This document shows positions 1 to 13,049 of a stretch of DNA of 64,000 nucleotides, piece by piece. The notes beneath the pieces are model-generated. The model was not told the DNA's origin, did no database searches, and saw only the letters and a list, made by a program, of their open reading frames with translations. The translations under genes and the position numbers were made by a program. This stretch comes from Schmidtea polychroa (taxonomy: Eukaryota), in contig CM097888.1 of the NCBI GenBank assembly GCA_044892525.1, forward strand, positions 17,608,001-17,672,000, in the 5' to 3' direction. Every line of letters begins with the position of its first letter. The first letter of the stretch is position 1.

Positions 1-440
1 TTACTATTCTGCAAGGCTTTCAAAACCTTTTGTATGACCGGAAAATGGAAGTGGTAGCATCTGCTCTTGCCGACCATCTTGTTAGTGACAAATTTTTGAA
101 CGGAACAGTCTTTTTTTATTTATGTATGATTATAGAATGGTTCATCATTCAGTTGAAGCTGAAAAAAATGTGTAGATTTTTAAATATTTTCCTTTTTCCC
201 CGATTTCAAAATTCCTTTTCCTTTTTGTACTAATTAATTAGTACTGACCTTGATTTTTATTTTCCTGTTTGATTCCTTTTATTTCCTTTATCTTTCTCTT
301 TTTTAATTTCTTTTTACTTCCGTTTTCTTTTCGGAGTTCCAATAGATCGTCCCGTTTGTCATGGCGATCTTCCCCCAGGTAATTTTATTTATTTCTTTAT
401 AAATTGTTATTTAGGTATCCTCAACATATCTCCCCCCTTA
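1..440 (-). mobile_element. LTR-retrotransposon 3' LTR fragment with polypurine tract
   Basis: The minus strand reads AAGGGGGGAGA (PPT, about 429-440), then TA, then TGTTGAGGATACCTAAA (LTR start at 426). About 250 bp is recognisably homologous to 17783-18020 on the plus strand. Confidence 0.7.
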
Positions 441-476
441 AAAAAAATTTCGTCCTCGAAATAAATTAAGATTTTG

Positions 477-689
477 NNNNNNNNNNNNNNNNNNNNNNNN
501 NNNNNNNNNNNNNNNNNNNNNNNNNNNNNNNNNNNNNNNNNNNNNNNNNNNNNNNNNNNNNNNNNNNNNNNNNNNNNNNNNNNNNNNNNNNNNNNNNNNN
601 NNNNNNNNNNNNNNNNNNNNNNNNNNNNNNNNNNNNNNNNNNNNNNNNNNNNNNNNNNNNNNNNNNNNNNNNNNNNNNNNNNNNNNNNN
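477..689. other. assembly gap (N run)
   Basis: 213 Ns. Confidence 1.
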
Positions 690-2392
690 TGTTTTTCATT
701 ACAGCAGGACTCAAACTAAATTTTCTCTTTAGTAAAAAATTTTTTTTATTAAAAACAGAAAGAGGACATTATCGATATATGAAATATTCTGATCCTTGAA
801 ATTTATTTAGTAAAAATTCTAATCATAGAATGAAAACGACACAATATATTGAAATGGCATAAAAGAAAGTTTGTACGAATGTTAAGAAAGATCGTGTATA
901 TATACTTGTATAAAATAAAAGAGTAGCATTACTTCAATAATTAATTTAAGTATTAATTACCTTAGTTTCTTTTCTAGAGGCCTCTTGAAACTCAAGGAGA
1001 TATGTTGAAATTAGGCACAAAAACTTACATTAGTCAGTTAAAGATTGTTAACAGGTCAATTTGTGAAAAAGCAGATTCAGAAAAAAGACTCTTTGAATGA
1101 CGGATATCTATGTCCAATGATTCATCGTAAGACCATGAAGGTAAACGTAGACGAAATTTTTGTAGAGAAATTTCGGTGATATCAAGTTATATAATTTATT
1201 ATGATGACGTTTTTATTTTAAATATTGAGGGCAATCAATTCCGATGTTTATGTTTATTGTTTTCAAAAGATACGTTGCCATTATAATTATAAAATGACGT
1301 ATGTTTACGACGAAGTCGAAAGAATAGATAAAATTTATATGTAAAGTCGGTACGACAGTTTCCTTAAACGCGCATGTGACATTTTATGACTTTTAAGAAA
1401 GCTTTTGAATCTTTCCTAAAGTGTTTATTCGATTTATTCTTTCAAATGATTAAATAAAGAAGAGTGATAACTTTTGAATTAATATATAAAAAATATTAAA
1501 AAATTAATTTATTCACTAATTTTTTCAAAAATGATTTAAATTGTCAAAATGAAAAAAACAAAAAGTGCGCAATATATAAAGAAATCAATTTATTTCCTTA
1601 TTATTAATAAAAATACAAAATATTTGACTGGCGATATAGTAACAAAATCCTCTTTAAGACTGAAACTAAAAAACTTTCAGTTGCCAATACATGGCTATTC
1701 AACTGAAAGGTTAAACCAGTGGTCTTTTACATGAATACTTCCATCTCTATGGGTGAGTAAAATAATGATTATGCGCCAGAAGTTTACAAAAGAATTGAAT
1801 AACCTATTACATACTTAAAACTAAGATAGTAGCAATACGCAAGTGTCAATCAAGGATAATTTCATGTCTAATGAAGTGGGAGAAATAATCTCTAAGCTCC
1901 ACAAGTGACATAAAAGACATTGTGAAATATAAGTTTTTGAAACGATTGTTTAATTATTAGTTTTAAGAAAAATTTAGAAAAAATTTCCTTGATAACAGTA
2001 AAGAAAGATCAATATAAAGTAAAAAAGAATGTAAAATTTTATACGGTTATAGAATGTGGTTTATAATTGTTTTGGAAGCAAAAATTTAGTATCATTTCAT
2101 CACAAAATACTGTAGGAACCATGAAAAAATGAAAAATTTATTTATATTTTCTGCCTATTCGATTATACTCCTTTGCCTCAGTTTTCCTTAATACAGGTAA
2201 TCTAGGTCTCATTGTACACGTTTCCTTTATGCACTCTGGAATATGTGAGAAATTATTCAAATATCTTCAAGTTAAAGAATAAATATAATTCCTGACAAAA
2301 GCAAAATTAATTAATATTTTATTTTCATATGTACACTGGTATAATAAAGTTTTCTGAAAATCTTCAATGCCATTAAAATTTATTGACTAGGC

Positions 2393-3605
2393 TCATGTGT
2401 AATTTGGCATCCCACAATTCTTAAGCAATGATTCATTATTATTTCCATAACTGTTAGAAAATAAATAAGATCCGGTTCCAAGGAAGGGAGAAAAAGCGTT
2501 TAGATTATTTTTCGAAGTGTTCATAACTGTAGGTGAACTGAGAATGCCAGTTTTATTGAGATCACTAGTATCAGGAGAAAATGTTGAATAGAAATTAGTC
2601 GGCATTGATGATTTTACTAAATTTGAACCTGATGATGCCGAAGACCTGGCAGGATAAAGAAGTGAAGGTACTTGATTAGTTAATCGGTTTGCAACTAGAT
2701 TAGCGGCGGCTATGTTAGCAGCTTCAATTTCTGATGTTAGCTGTCGTTTCCATTTATTGCGGCGATTTTGAAACCAGATTTTCACCTGAGTTTCAGTGAG
2801 CTGTAAAGCATGTGCTAGAGAAGCTCTTTCTGAACTGGATAAATATCTTTTCAAGTCAAAAGTTGATTCTAATTGAAAAACTTGATTTCTTGAAAAAACG
2901 GTTCGTGTTTTCTTTTTTCGTCTTAGTGATAATTTTGTATTGTTAGCACTAAGATTGCCGTCTTCTGATTCTGATGCTTGAGAAAAACTATCGGCTTCAT
3001 TGTCGATGGCGTCTTCAGTGAAATCTCGACATATTTCGTCGAGATCTTTTTGATCGGCTTGACTGCCTGAATCGATCAGAAATCGATTTTCTGGTTTTTC
3101 ATTTTGAAAATCATTCATATTGTTTGATCTGTAGTGAATTAATTTCGATTTCTTTTGTTCTATTGAATTCGAATCTGGGGGTGATTTGGATTTTCGAATC
3201 AACGTTAAATTCGGACTTGACTTTGAAAGAAAATTCGGTAAAATATTCCCCAAGGGATAGTTAATTGGAAAGTGGAAATTTTGGGAAAATATATTTGACA
3301 TGTTATTTTCTGTGGATCCCTTGTTAAACTTGTCTTGCATCTCTTTCAAACACATTATGCGATTAATAAAATTACTGTTTCCTAAAAAATAAAAATTCAA
3401 TTTAAAATAATTTAAAGTATTATAATAAAATATAACCTCCATTTAAAAATAAATTTGTGTTTAAACGATTCGATTGGAAAGACGATTTGGTTTCATGATC
3501 TCTTTTAGTGGATTCAGATTTTTTATTATTATTGTCACATGGATTTTCGTTCAGCAATTGATCAATTGAAAATTGTGATGAATTGATTTTTAAAGTTTCT
3601 GACAT
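2393..3605 (-). CDS. HMX: HMX/Nkx5 NK-class homeobox protein, exons 3605-3437 and 3381-2393, 385 aa
   Basis: Homeodomain [60 protein letters not shown] followed by the Hmx motif SEIEAAN. Exon 1 has an eh1 motif (FSIDQLL). A 55-nt GT-AG phase-1 intron (3436-3382) joins the two ORFs in frame. Confidence 0.95.
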
Positions 3606-3667
3606 GATAAAAAATATTTTCAAAGAATATCAATAAAAATGATAATAATGATAATTATTATTTTTAT

Positions 3668-3749
3668 GATTTATATAGGCTGTGATGAAGCTAGCGAGAC
3701 TATTTGGAAGAAACCACCAATCACTGATAACTAGCTCATCGCTGATTGG
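3668..3749 (-). promoter_or_regulatory. candidate HMX proximal promoter (TATA plus two CCAAT boxes)
   Basis: CTATATAAA on the minus strand about 70 nt upstream of the ATG. CCAAT at 3717-3721 and ATTGG at 3745-3749 lie further upstream. Confidence 0.45.
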
Positions 3750-4730
3750 TTGTTAAAAATTGAGTACAAAATCTATCGCATCAGTCAGAGTTTAATTTCA
3801 ATGAAAGTTGAGAAATGCTTTTTTGCTTTAACTTTATTGAAGTAAAGTAATTTTTTTTAAATTTTAAATTATAATCCGATATTATTAGTGTAAAATGATG
3901 TAGTTTTTTTGCTTTCATACTTCTCAACACTTTTGTTTTGAATTTTATTCATCATGAGAGAATCGGGTTTTTTTCCTCGCTTATTACAAATACACCAGAA
4001 GATTCATTAAACAATTGACGTAAACTAAACGTTAGGAGACATTTTAATCCTGATTTTTTATCAATCAATTTTCACATTTTAAGTCTAATTCATGATTTTA
4101 AAATTATAATTAATTTAAATTCATGGAAAAAAATTATGTTTGTTTAAATTAAATGTGTTTGAATTTCTTTTTAATATTGAAAAGTCTAGTAATTAATTGT
4201 TCAAGGAGAAATTATGTTTAGTCAAAAAGTAATTATTAGTCAAATTTCGACTTTATTATTTATACAGTAACACATCAAGTTACGTCTCAGGTGTTTTTCC
4301 ACGGGTGTTGACGAAAGACGAGATAAAATAACCCATACAACTTCTATAGTATCATAATTGGTTTTTGACAATCAGATTGATCATTAAAACTTCAACATTT
4401 TCACAATGAGTTTAACGTTTTTATTGGAAAGCTGCATAAACAGACCTAGACAAAAAATACGCTTAAATTCCGTCAGTCAAGGGTCGTCTCCAAATTTAAT
4501 TGGACCCTGTAGAAAACAAAAAATAATAGCCTGACCGTACTAAGAATGAATTTTATTATTAAGTGACGCCGTAAGAATGGCTACTTCTATTTTGCACTCT
4601 GTATTGAAGTGGTAGTGGGTAAAAATGAAAATTTGGGAGCTTATGAAGTTTATATATAGTTTTTGGTAATATGTGGGGAAATATTTACGACCCCTTGCTG
4701 TATTGTGTTCCCATATTGGGTCCTATATAT

Positions 4731-5334
4731 CAGAGGTTCTCAACCTTTTCAAACTCAAGGACCATTTCAAAATTATGTGCCTCAGTGGCGGACCACAGTC
4801 ACTCGTGATTAGGTGGTTTGGGGACGAGCCCCAGCCGAAAACGATTTTTTTGCATTGGAGGCTCCATTTAGGATAGGATCTATGTTGTCCAGGATGTAAA
4901 TCAGAGACCAAGTCACAAGCATTTAAAGTAAATTTTCAAATTTGAGACAGAAATAAAATTTGTCTAATAAATTTTGTTTCGTATAAAACGTATATTATCT
5001 GAGAAATTTAAATTTAATACAAATCTTTATTGCAGCTTTTTAGCATTATAATTTAGTGAATTGTTAATAAATTTAGTTTAATGTTTTAGCTTTTTAAGAT
5101 TTGTACATAATTTGTCCTTCCATCTGACCAATGCATTTGCAATATTATTTTATTTTTTAATACTTTTAAATTTGGGTTACTTTGACATTTTTAAACTATA
5201 ATTTTAAACGTTTTCTGTTCCTGAATAGAAGGTTTATTGAAAAAATATATTAAAAAACAAAAATCACACAATTCTAGCACCATGTTCCGGGACCATCTAA
5301 ATGCTCTTCACGGACCACATGTTTAAAATTTCTT
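4731..5334 (+). mobile_element. hAT (Charlie/MER5-like) MITE relic
   Basis: Left TIR CAGAGGTTCTCAACC with GGACCAC subterminal motifs. The right end is degenerate (GGACCACATGTTTAAAA). Confidence 0.45.
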
Positions 5335-7610
5335 GAATTTTTACTAATTATACTGATTTTATTTGCGCTTCGATAAGTGATGTCCTTGAGTAAATTCTAA
5401 AATCAGCATTTTCATCCAATTTTATGCCTATGATCATTTGAATACAATCATAAACCTCAAAGCAGAAAAAAGTAAATACAAATCAACGTTTTCATCAACT
5501 TTATTATTTAGATTTTTATTGTATTCCAATACAATTCAATGTAACAGGGTAAAATAGTGCTCTTTTTGAACAAATTGCGGTTAAAGTTATTTTTAATCTG
5601 CGCAAATTTTTTATTTTCATTTATTATATCATTTGGACCACCATAAATCTTCTATGTGAAACCGTACGACGTACTGTTCATTTTAATTTCAGAAAGGCAT
5701 TGAAATTATTTTAAATAATACAGTGATAAATCGAGATTATCAAAAATTTAAAATACAGAAAAATATTTTAATCTAAGAAAGTGAAATAATAAAATTAATT
5801 GGAATATCTTAAACGAAAGAGACAAAAAGAGAACCGTATGAAGGTTAAATTTATTTTCTTAAATATGAATGATTAAATTTTATTAAAAAAATTATTGGCA
5901 TTCTGTAATAAAATTAGTATTTGTCTCAAAATATGAATTTTAAAACTTAGTAAAATTTACAAATGATTTGGAGATTTTAAAATAATAATGAAGATTATTT
6001 TCAAAATAATAATTTGGAAATATAGAAATTTGTTTGAGTGAAATTGTCGACATCGAATTAAAAAAGTCTCAAATCAGAATGTTTGTTTAAATAATTTTGA
6101 ATTAAAAATTCAGTGAATTATTATTGAATTTTGTATTAAAAAAATTTCACATTTTATTTAATTATTATGGTAAATATTATTGAGACTAATAATCAATAAA
6201 TTTTTTTATTTTTTAAACTTAAAAATATATATTTATTTTAAATTAGCCACAAAATTAATTTTTTAAATCCAACTGACAATTCTAAATTGAAGGAATCCAT
6301 AGTTTGATTGAGCGCTAGAAATAATTGTTGACATAATTAAAAAAAATATTCTGGTTTAAAATTTTAAATAAATTAAAAAATACTATAACAACTTTTTTTT
6401 TCTAGCGCAACTCTAAATTTGCGCTGTTTCAATTGAAGTATTTTTTTGTTCGAACTGATTATATGAATATATGTATTAAAAAAACAATTTTCTTACCTCT
6501 AGAAATTTAACTTACTTGCCCATCCGAACAAAGTGAGTATTTGACTGAAGATTGTTATTCAACGGACGTAGCGAGCTTTTATTAATAATAACTTGAATAT
6601 TAATTAGAAGACAGCTTATATCCAAAGAAAAAAGCTAACGTCAGTTTGAGAAAAATTCTCTATTTCAAATAAGTTTTCTTTGCAGAGAGAAAAGTGTGAT
6701 TTCTCACAAAGATTAAAAGAGGCTAAGCTACTTGAAGAGAGAAAGAATCACATCAGCATATTGTTGCAATTAGTGCTAATTATTTCCTTGGATTTCTTAG
6801 TATTTTAAATGCCCTATCTAATCAATTAGCATCGTCTCAATTGATGGATTATTTCAATACATTTATTATGCTCTAATGGATAATTAAATGGGAGCGATTT
6901 TGCAAATTTTTGGTGTTGATTTAGTTTTTTTATTCATTTATTATTGTTGAAGTTTATTTCAATTATTTTTCTGTTTCAATTTCTTGTCGATTAATTTTTT
7001 TTACGATAGGCGGATAATTTGGAAATTTATGATAGGTTGAAATTTCGATCAGGCGGATTTTGTTTTTATCCATATTTGCATTTTATATATTAATGCACAA
7101 AAAAATACTAAAAACATATTTAATCCAAAACTGTTCGCTCTATAAATTTTATAAAAATTTTAAAAAATGAGAAATTAGTTTTAATTTAATTGTTATTAAT
7201 TATTTTTTTTAATTAGCTATAGAAAACTTTGAATAAGAAAGTATAAAAAAATAGTGACTAAACAACTGTTATTCTCCAATTGCAACAGTAAGTGGGTATA
7301 GCACGCCTTGATTCATAAAGAATCTTTTTATAGATACCTTGTTGAGAAAAATAATTGGACCAATAAGAAAGATGAGATATTCATTTTTATGATCAACGCA
7401 AGGTACCGAGATCCAAACTCCTTTCCTCGAGAAAAAGTTTTTGATTTTGATACGTAAATTTGTATGGTTCATCGATTAATAGGTAAAGAAAATAGTTTTA
7501 TTTTTTTGTTTTAATTAATGGGATATTTTAATTTGATGAATATATTTAAAAAATTATAAGGAATGATTTTCTAAAATTATTATTTGCACACTATCCCTAG
7601 GTAGAATCAT

Positions 7611-7749
7611 NNNNNNNNNNNNNNNNNNNNNNNNNNNNNNNNNNNNNNNNNNNNNNNNNNNNNNNNNNNNNNNNNNNNNNNNNNNNNNNNNNNNNNNNNN
7701 NNNNNNNNNNNNNNNNNNNNNNNNNNNNNNNNNNNNNNNNNNNNNNNNN
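7611..7749. other. assembly gap (N run)
   Basis: 139 Ns. Confidence 1.
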
Positions 7750-8099
7750 GTTGCAAAGATAATTCAGCAATACTAACTACCGCATCAGAATTCAATAGAT
7801 CTCTGTGTGATATTTTAATTACTAATACAAATATTGTTGGGAAAATTTATATGGTTAAGCTCTGGGGAATGCTTCTTGGGAAATCCAGAATGGAAAATCC
7901 ATCAGCAATGGATGATTCACATTTTGATGGTAGAGGGTTCAATGAGAGCTTTCTTTTTTAAGATTAGGATTTGTGTCTTTTATGAATGACTTGAAAATCC
8001 ATTTATTTATTTTCTTAGATCTTCCTTCCTTGAATAATACTGGTCAAAATTTTGAAGAGAAATTCAGGTCAATACAAAACCTTTTCTCTCATCTTATGC

Positions 8100-9560
8100 T
8101 GCAGGTGTTGGGTAAAAAAAATTGTTGTTGCCGCTACGGTCTACGGACTGCCGATAGAAGGCAAAGGTCGGGTTTATTATTACCATTTTAACCTCAGTGC
8201 GTAATTTCAATTAAAAACTTGGTTTATTAATTTATGCATTTAATGCCGATTTCGACGAAAATCTTTATCTGTAGCCATTCGTCTAAGGCTATTCGCTGTA
8301 CTCAAAGGTTTTCCAAAAAGGTAACCTCTTGTCTCACTCTCTGGTGGACGCGTTCTTTCTGGCAGGACTTGCTTTTTTCCTGAATTATGGCTGTGATAGC
8401 GGAACCGTAGTGGACACAAGATTCTTCGTTATTTGCGACTTTATTGTTTATACAGTCCGACATCGTTATTTTCCTGATGACAATTCGCTTCGAGACATCT
8501 CGCTCTTAACTCGAGAGCCAAGATTTCTGTTTGATATGTAGTCGCATGATTGTCAGCTTCGTTTCCCACATTTCCTCCTGCTTAAACTAGGTCACTTTGA
8601 GGTCGCGACACTTATGTTTAAAGTGTTCCGATAGGTTCTGGTGGAAACTCTTTTCACGGAGCCACTGGGAGGTATCACCGTGAAGCTTCTTCATATTCAT
8701 TTCCACTGAAATTAGAAATTTAATTAATGTAGTAATCTCTGGTGTTCATATCAAATAAATTTGTAGTTTATTATTTTTAAATTTAATAATAATAATTCAG
8801 TTTCTCCGGGTTTTTTTACTTTCCAGATGAATCAAGTCTGTTTGAATGCTATTTTCTCCCATCCGGTTGTTTTTCCTAACCCCTTCCAAGCTTTATTTAA
8901 TAATTCTAACAATCAACACGACCTCAATTAAGTGACATATGTTACCGATTATTTTCAACGCAAAATAATCAAGACAATATCACCGCTACCCAAAAATTAT
9001 CATTGCTTCACAATCAAATTCCGTACAAAACACTTTAAAATTCCTGTATGAAAAAAATAAAAATAAAACGCAAAACCATAAACTAACAGCTATATTCGAA
9101 TTATCAAACAGTAATAGAATTACCGACGTTGTTAGCTATCCGGTGACATCGAGAGGCTCTCCTCGTTTGGATCCAATCTGCGCGACTTGAAAATCCTTCC
9201 AGTCTAGATTAAAGATGCAACCCCCGATTGGCGACTCTGTACACTTGTCGCTCCACTCGATGCAGCTGTTACTCCACCTTTGCTTGAAGTACGCGGGTCA
9301 CATTTATTGCTGGTTCCCACTTGATGACTATACTAGATCGATTCCAGGGACACCATTTGTTATCAAATGTTCCACAAATCTTTTTTGAATGGGTTGACTT
9401 CCTTGCGTCGAACGCGAATGCGTCTCATTTCCGTTTCGGAATTGGCTACGTCATCACGTCATCATTCTTGTCATTATTCAATGTTATCGGACAGTGCATT
9501 CATCACTCGCAATATTCTCATACATATATGACTATAGTAGTTCTCTCATAATCTTTCAAC
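8100..9560. mobile_element. degenerate member of the orphan-ORF element family (copy C)
   Basis: GC-enriched block with the exact motif GACTGCCGATAGAAGG (8146-8161), a minus-strand decayed ORF, and short plus-strand matches to 24250-24470. Confidence 0.5.
8227..8700 (-). pseudogene. decayed coiled-coil orphan ORF (157 codons, 3 in-frame stops)
   Basis: Acceptor TTCTAATTTCAG lies 5 nt before the ATG at 8700. A single frame reads MNMKKLHG...EHFKHKCRDLKVT*FKQEEMW... to TAA at 8227, overlapping an AATAAA. Confidence 0.45.
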
Positions 9561-10744
9561 AATTCTCCATCCAGACGCAACACTTCTAATTTACTTTCAG
9601 TATACTAATTCGAAACCCCACAATCACTCAATGAAGTCCTCCGTAACCAACTAAATGACCATAATAATCGTAAATATTATAGAAGGAGAGCATAGCAATC
9701 ACAGAATTTATACACAACCCAGTACAACAATAAAAGGATTTAATAAAAGAATAACACTTAATGGGTACCCAAAATATTTAGGAATCCACAAAATCTTACA
9801 TCTTAACATAGTTGTTTTAATATTCTGTGGTCAAATAAAAAACCAAAATGGTGATGGTCATAAGAAATGAGATTAGATTTTTTAAGGAGTCATTTCAATT
9901 TTGTTTCAGTATATATTCCTAATTTTTTGTTTATACGTTGGTGTGTGTGAATTCAAACATTAAAACAAATTCAAAAAATTATTATTTTAATTTAACTTTA
10001 AACATTTTTGTCAAGTTTTACGCCAGACTTTTTATTATTTTTGAAATAAGTTATTTTACTAAATTTATAATTTATTTAATTTTTATTTTTTTCGACTCCA
10101 TGTTAAATTTCGCGAGTCTTATTCATTTTTAACAATTTATTTCATTTATTTTAAATTACGATTTTCTCGTTTTATTCTGTTTTTTTCTTTTGATCAAATA
10201 TTTATTCTTTATTTCTATTTTTTTATGTCACTTTTTTTTTGAATTTGTTTTTTCTTTTTGCCATTTTTATATTATGCTTCTTGTCGAATTTCTTGCTTCT
10301 GTTATTATTTTAATATTGTATTTATTAAATGAATCACCGGTTTTTTGATATTCACGAATTTACGACACTGCCTTTATCAAATGATTTTTATTGTACTGAG
10401 AAAATCAGAGGTAAAAATCGAAAGAACTTTTTTAAATACTATTTTAATATTATTTTTACGTAAATATGTATGCTTTCTCAATATTTAGGTGCTTATTTGA
10501 TGTTTTTGTGTTTAAGTTTAAATAGACTCTGTACCGTGTCATTGTTATTGTACTGATACTGTTTTGGTCGATTCCAAATAAATCGATGTCGGCATTTTGC
10601 TCGGCCATAAATATTGATTGGAAACTGGAATAACGACAGAGTACTGGAGCCGGGGTGATCAAGGCAGGTCAAGAAACCGCGAACTTGAAATGTATTGATT
10701 TTTCTAGAACAACATTGTCAAACACATTCACAACTCTGTTGTTT

Positions 10745-11300
10745 CTAGAGATCTACATAACTTATGTGCTCAGTAACTACATACATACCAATAGAAAACT
10801 TCGACAATTGTCTAGCCAATTTACTTATTCCATTTAACTTATGGGATATTAAATCTGTAGCATTCCGTTGACTGTTTCCCAAATCTGTATAGACATTGAA
10901 TTCGAGAATGCCAGATCGATGATCAATTCTGATCGGCAACTCCAAATTACGAATTAGATTAAATACAATTGGTTGTAATTTCACAGAATTGACATGTAGA
11001 CAAAATTTGTCAAATTCAGTAACTTTTCCAACTTGGATAAACGTTTTACTGATAACGATTTTTGCGATTAAATTAGAATAAACATTTAATTCCAGATGGT
11101 CATGCAACATTTTCAAAACAGGAAGAGCATCCTCTGCCATAGACAACGTATTTCGTATTTCAAGGCTTACTAAATTATGAATTTGGTTGATTTGAATTTC
11201 CTTGATTAAGCTTGTTCTCATAATATACACATAATTCCGAAATATAAAAGTTCCTATAATACACGTTGGTGTGTACACCAGTGTAGATCAGTCACCATTA
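10745..11300 (-). pseudogene. EIF3A: eIF3 subunit a internal fragment (PCI domain C-terminal part)
   Basis: ...LELPIRIDHRSGILEFNVYTDLG...ISHKLNGISKLARQL resembles the eIF3a region DLQVRIDHTSRTLSFGSDL. No N- or C-terminal gene parts flank it. Confidence 0.65.
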
Positions 11301-11604
11301 ACAAGAAAATGAAGTTTGTAACTTCATTTATTAAATTTTATAAATAGTTTTCAAGTAAGTTTTTTTAATTTTAAATAACTTTTAAGGCTTGAATTCTGAT
11401 TTTATACAATTATGAGATCATTATTCAAGCTCTTAAATATTACTTTTAGTCAACATTTGTGTTATAAATTATTTTTAATTAATTTTCAGGTATTTTTTAG
11501 GATTTTTATGAAATTTGATGAAATTATTTTTAGAATTATTTGGAATTATTTTTCTCGTTTAAATTTTTTTTTGTTAAATTTCAAGGAAAATTGAGTCAAA
11601 GTAG

Positions 11605-11708
11605 GGTAAATAATTCAAAGTAGGACAATTTCCCTTTCATGTAGTACGTAGGACAAATATCCAAATTGTAGGACTGTCCTACCGAAAGTAGGACGTGTAA
11701 CAACACTA
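11605..11708 (-). mobile_element. orphan TIR-transposon terminus with GTAGGAC subterminal repeats
   Basis: The minus strand starts TAGTGTTG, followed by several GTAGGAC/GTCCTAC copies, as in hAT-type ends. No partner end was found. Confidence 0.4.
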
Positions 11709-12085
11709 AATTAAGATCATGAGGCCCCTTCAATAAATTCTTAAATTAATTCAATTTGAAGATGCCCGAACAGATACGATTAAATAAGACTCATCAAAAC
11801 AGTGCTATCTTTAATATTCGTTGATTTAACTATTTCACTAACCATACTATACTTGCAATTCCTTATTCATCATGAACTTGTTCTTCAATTTATTGTAACT
11901 TGTCACAAATTACTTCATTACAAGGTATCGTTTGACATTGAAATCATTTAAAAAATTTTAACGGCGTTTGAATCTATAATTCCATCTGTTTCAGCAGATT
12001 TTGTCGTTTGTCGGCATCGCGTCTGTGTGCGCGTTATTTATTAAAAATTGTATTTCATATTGGTGTGCGCACATAGACACGAGGA

Positions 12086-12742
12086 ATGGGTAGGTTTTTT
12101 AATTGTTATAATGTAAAAATTGGTCATGGTGGACCTATTATACGGATTGCAACTAACCTAATCTATCCAAACAGTCTTATTTCTGCATCAAATGATGGTC
12201 AATTAACATTGTCTGGATCATGGGGCGGAACATTAATGTTATGGAATTTATCTGAAGGAAGACATACACTTTAGAAAGATGTGATATTATCAATGAACTT
12301 ATCTTCTCGCCAAACATATATTGGCTATGTGCTGCAACTGGATAAAGTTTCGGTTGGAGATTTGAAAGCTTTTCAGGATGAAATATATAATTCAGTTTTA
12401 ATTTTCTTTAAAATGTCGTTAAATTGTTCTGTTTCTAACAAAATTCCTGAAGTCCCAGTTCTTAATAGATCATCAGGACATGTTTATGAAAAAAGGTTAA
12501 TTGAAAAACACTTAACGACAAGTGATCTAGATCCTATCATAGAAATACAGTTTTCTATAAATGATTTGATTGAAATTAAAGTACCAATGCATGTGGAATC
12601 GAAACCACCAAGCTCCACATCCATTCTGGCTTTATTGAAAGCTGAAGTTATTGATAATAAATCAAAACCAACTGCGGAAGTCACTTGCTTTTCATGGTCA
12701 TCATGTTTTGTGGACTAATAAACAAATGATGATGTTTTGCGT
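12086..12742 (+). pseudogene. RACK1/PRPF19: chimeric pseudogene: internally deleted RACK1 with an inserted PRP19 U-box fragment
   Basis: RACK1 pieces GHGGPIIRIAT, LSGSWGGTL, MLWNLSEGRH, DIINELIFSPNIYWLCAATG and LKAEVI...TCFSWSS. PRP19 piece MSLNCSVSNKIPEVPV...GHVYEKRLIEKH...KPPSSTSILALLKA. Confidence 0.85.
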
Positions 12743-12951
12743 TCACTCAATTCACCATCTATAACTTCGAATAAAAATGATTCTTTTTGATCCGAATATG
12801 GCCTTTGAGATCAGTAAAATAAAAACTTTTCGGTAACAAATCAGTAACAAATCATTCCAAAGGCTTTTTATATAAGGCCACAGTGTTTAGTATTGAAATG
12901 TCAATTTAATTTGGCTGTTTAACTAATTCATCATAAAAGTCTTGGGTATAC

Positions 12952-13049
12952 CTGCGTTTCCCAAAGTGTGGGTTGCCACCCATCACCGGATCGCAGAAAA
13001 ATTTTAAAATCTCGTTCCGAGCCGCGGTCAAAAAGTTTGGGAAACGCTG
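12952..13049. mobile_element. 98-bp hAT MITE
   Basis: 14-bp TIRs C(T/A)GCGTTTCCCAAA. 8-bp TSD GGGTATAC/GGATATAC (7/8). Confidence 0.85.

Noticed and set aside
362-380. TGGCGATCTTCCCCCAGG as a plus-strand primer-binding site
   Set aside because: It lies inside the minus-strand LTR defined by the PPT and by the homologous copy at 17783, so it is LTR-internal sequence.
466-719. ORFs spanning N runs (also 7607-7795 and 54543-54856)
   Set aside because: Artefacts of translating through assembly gaps.
1840-1906. Two CAAGTG (NK/Hmx-type) sites downstream of HMX as an autoregulatory enhancer
   Set aside because: Hexamers are too frequent to be significant without conservation data.
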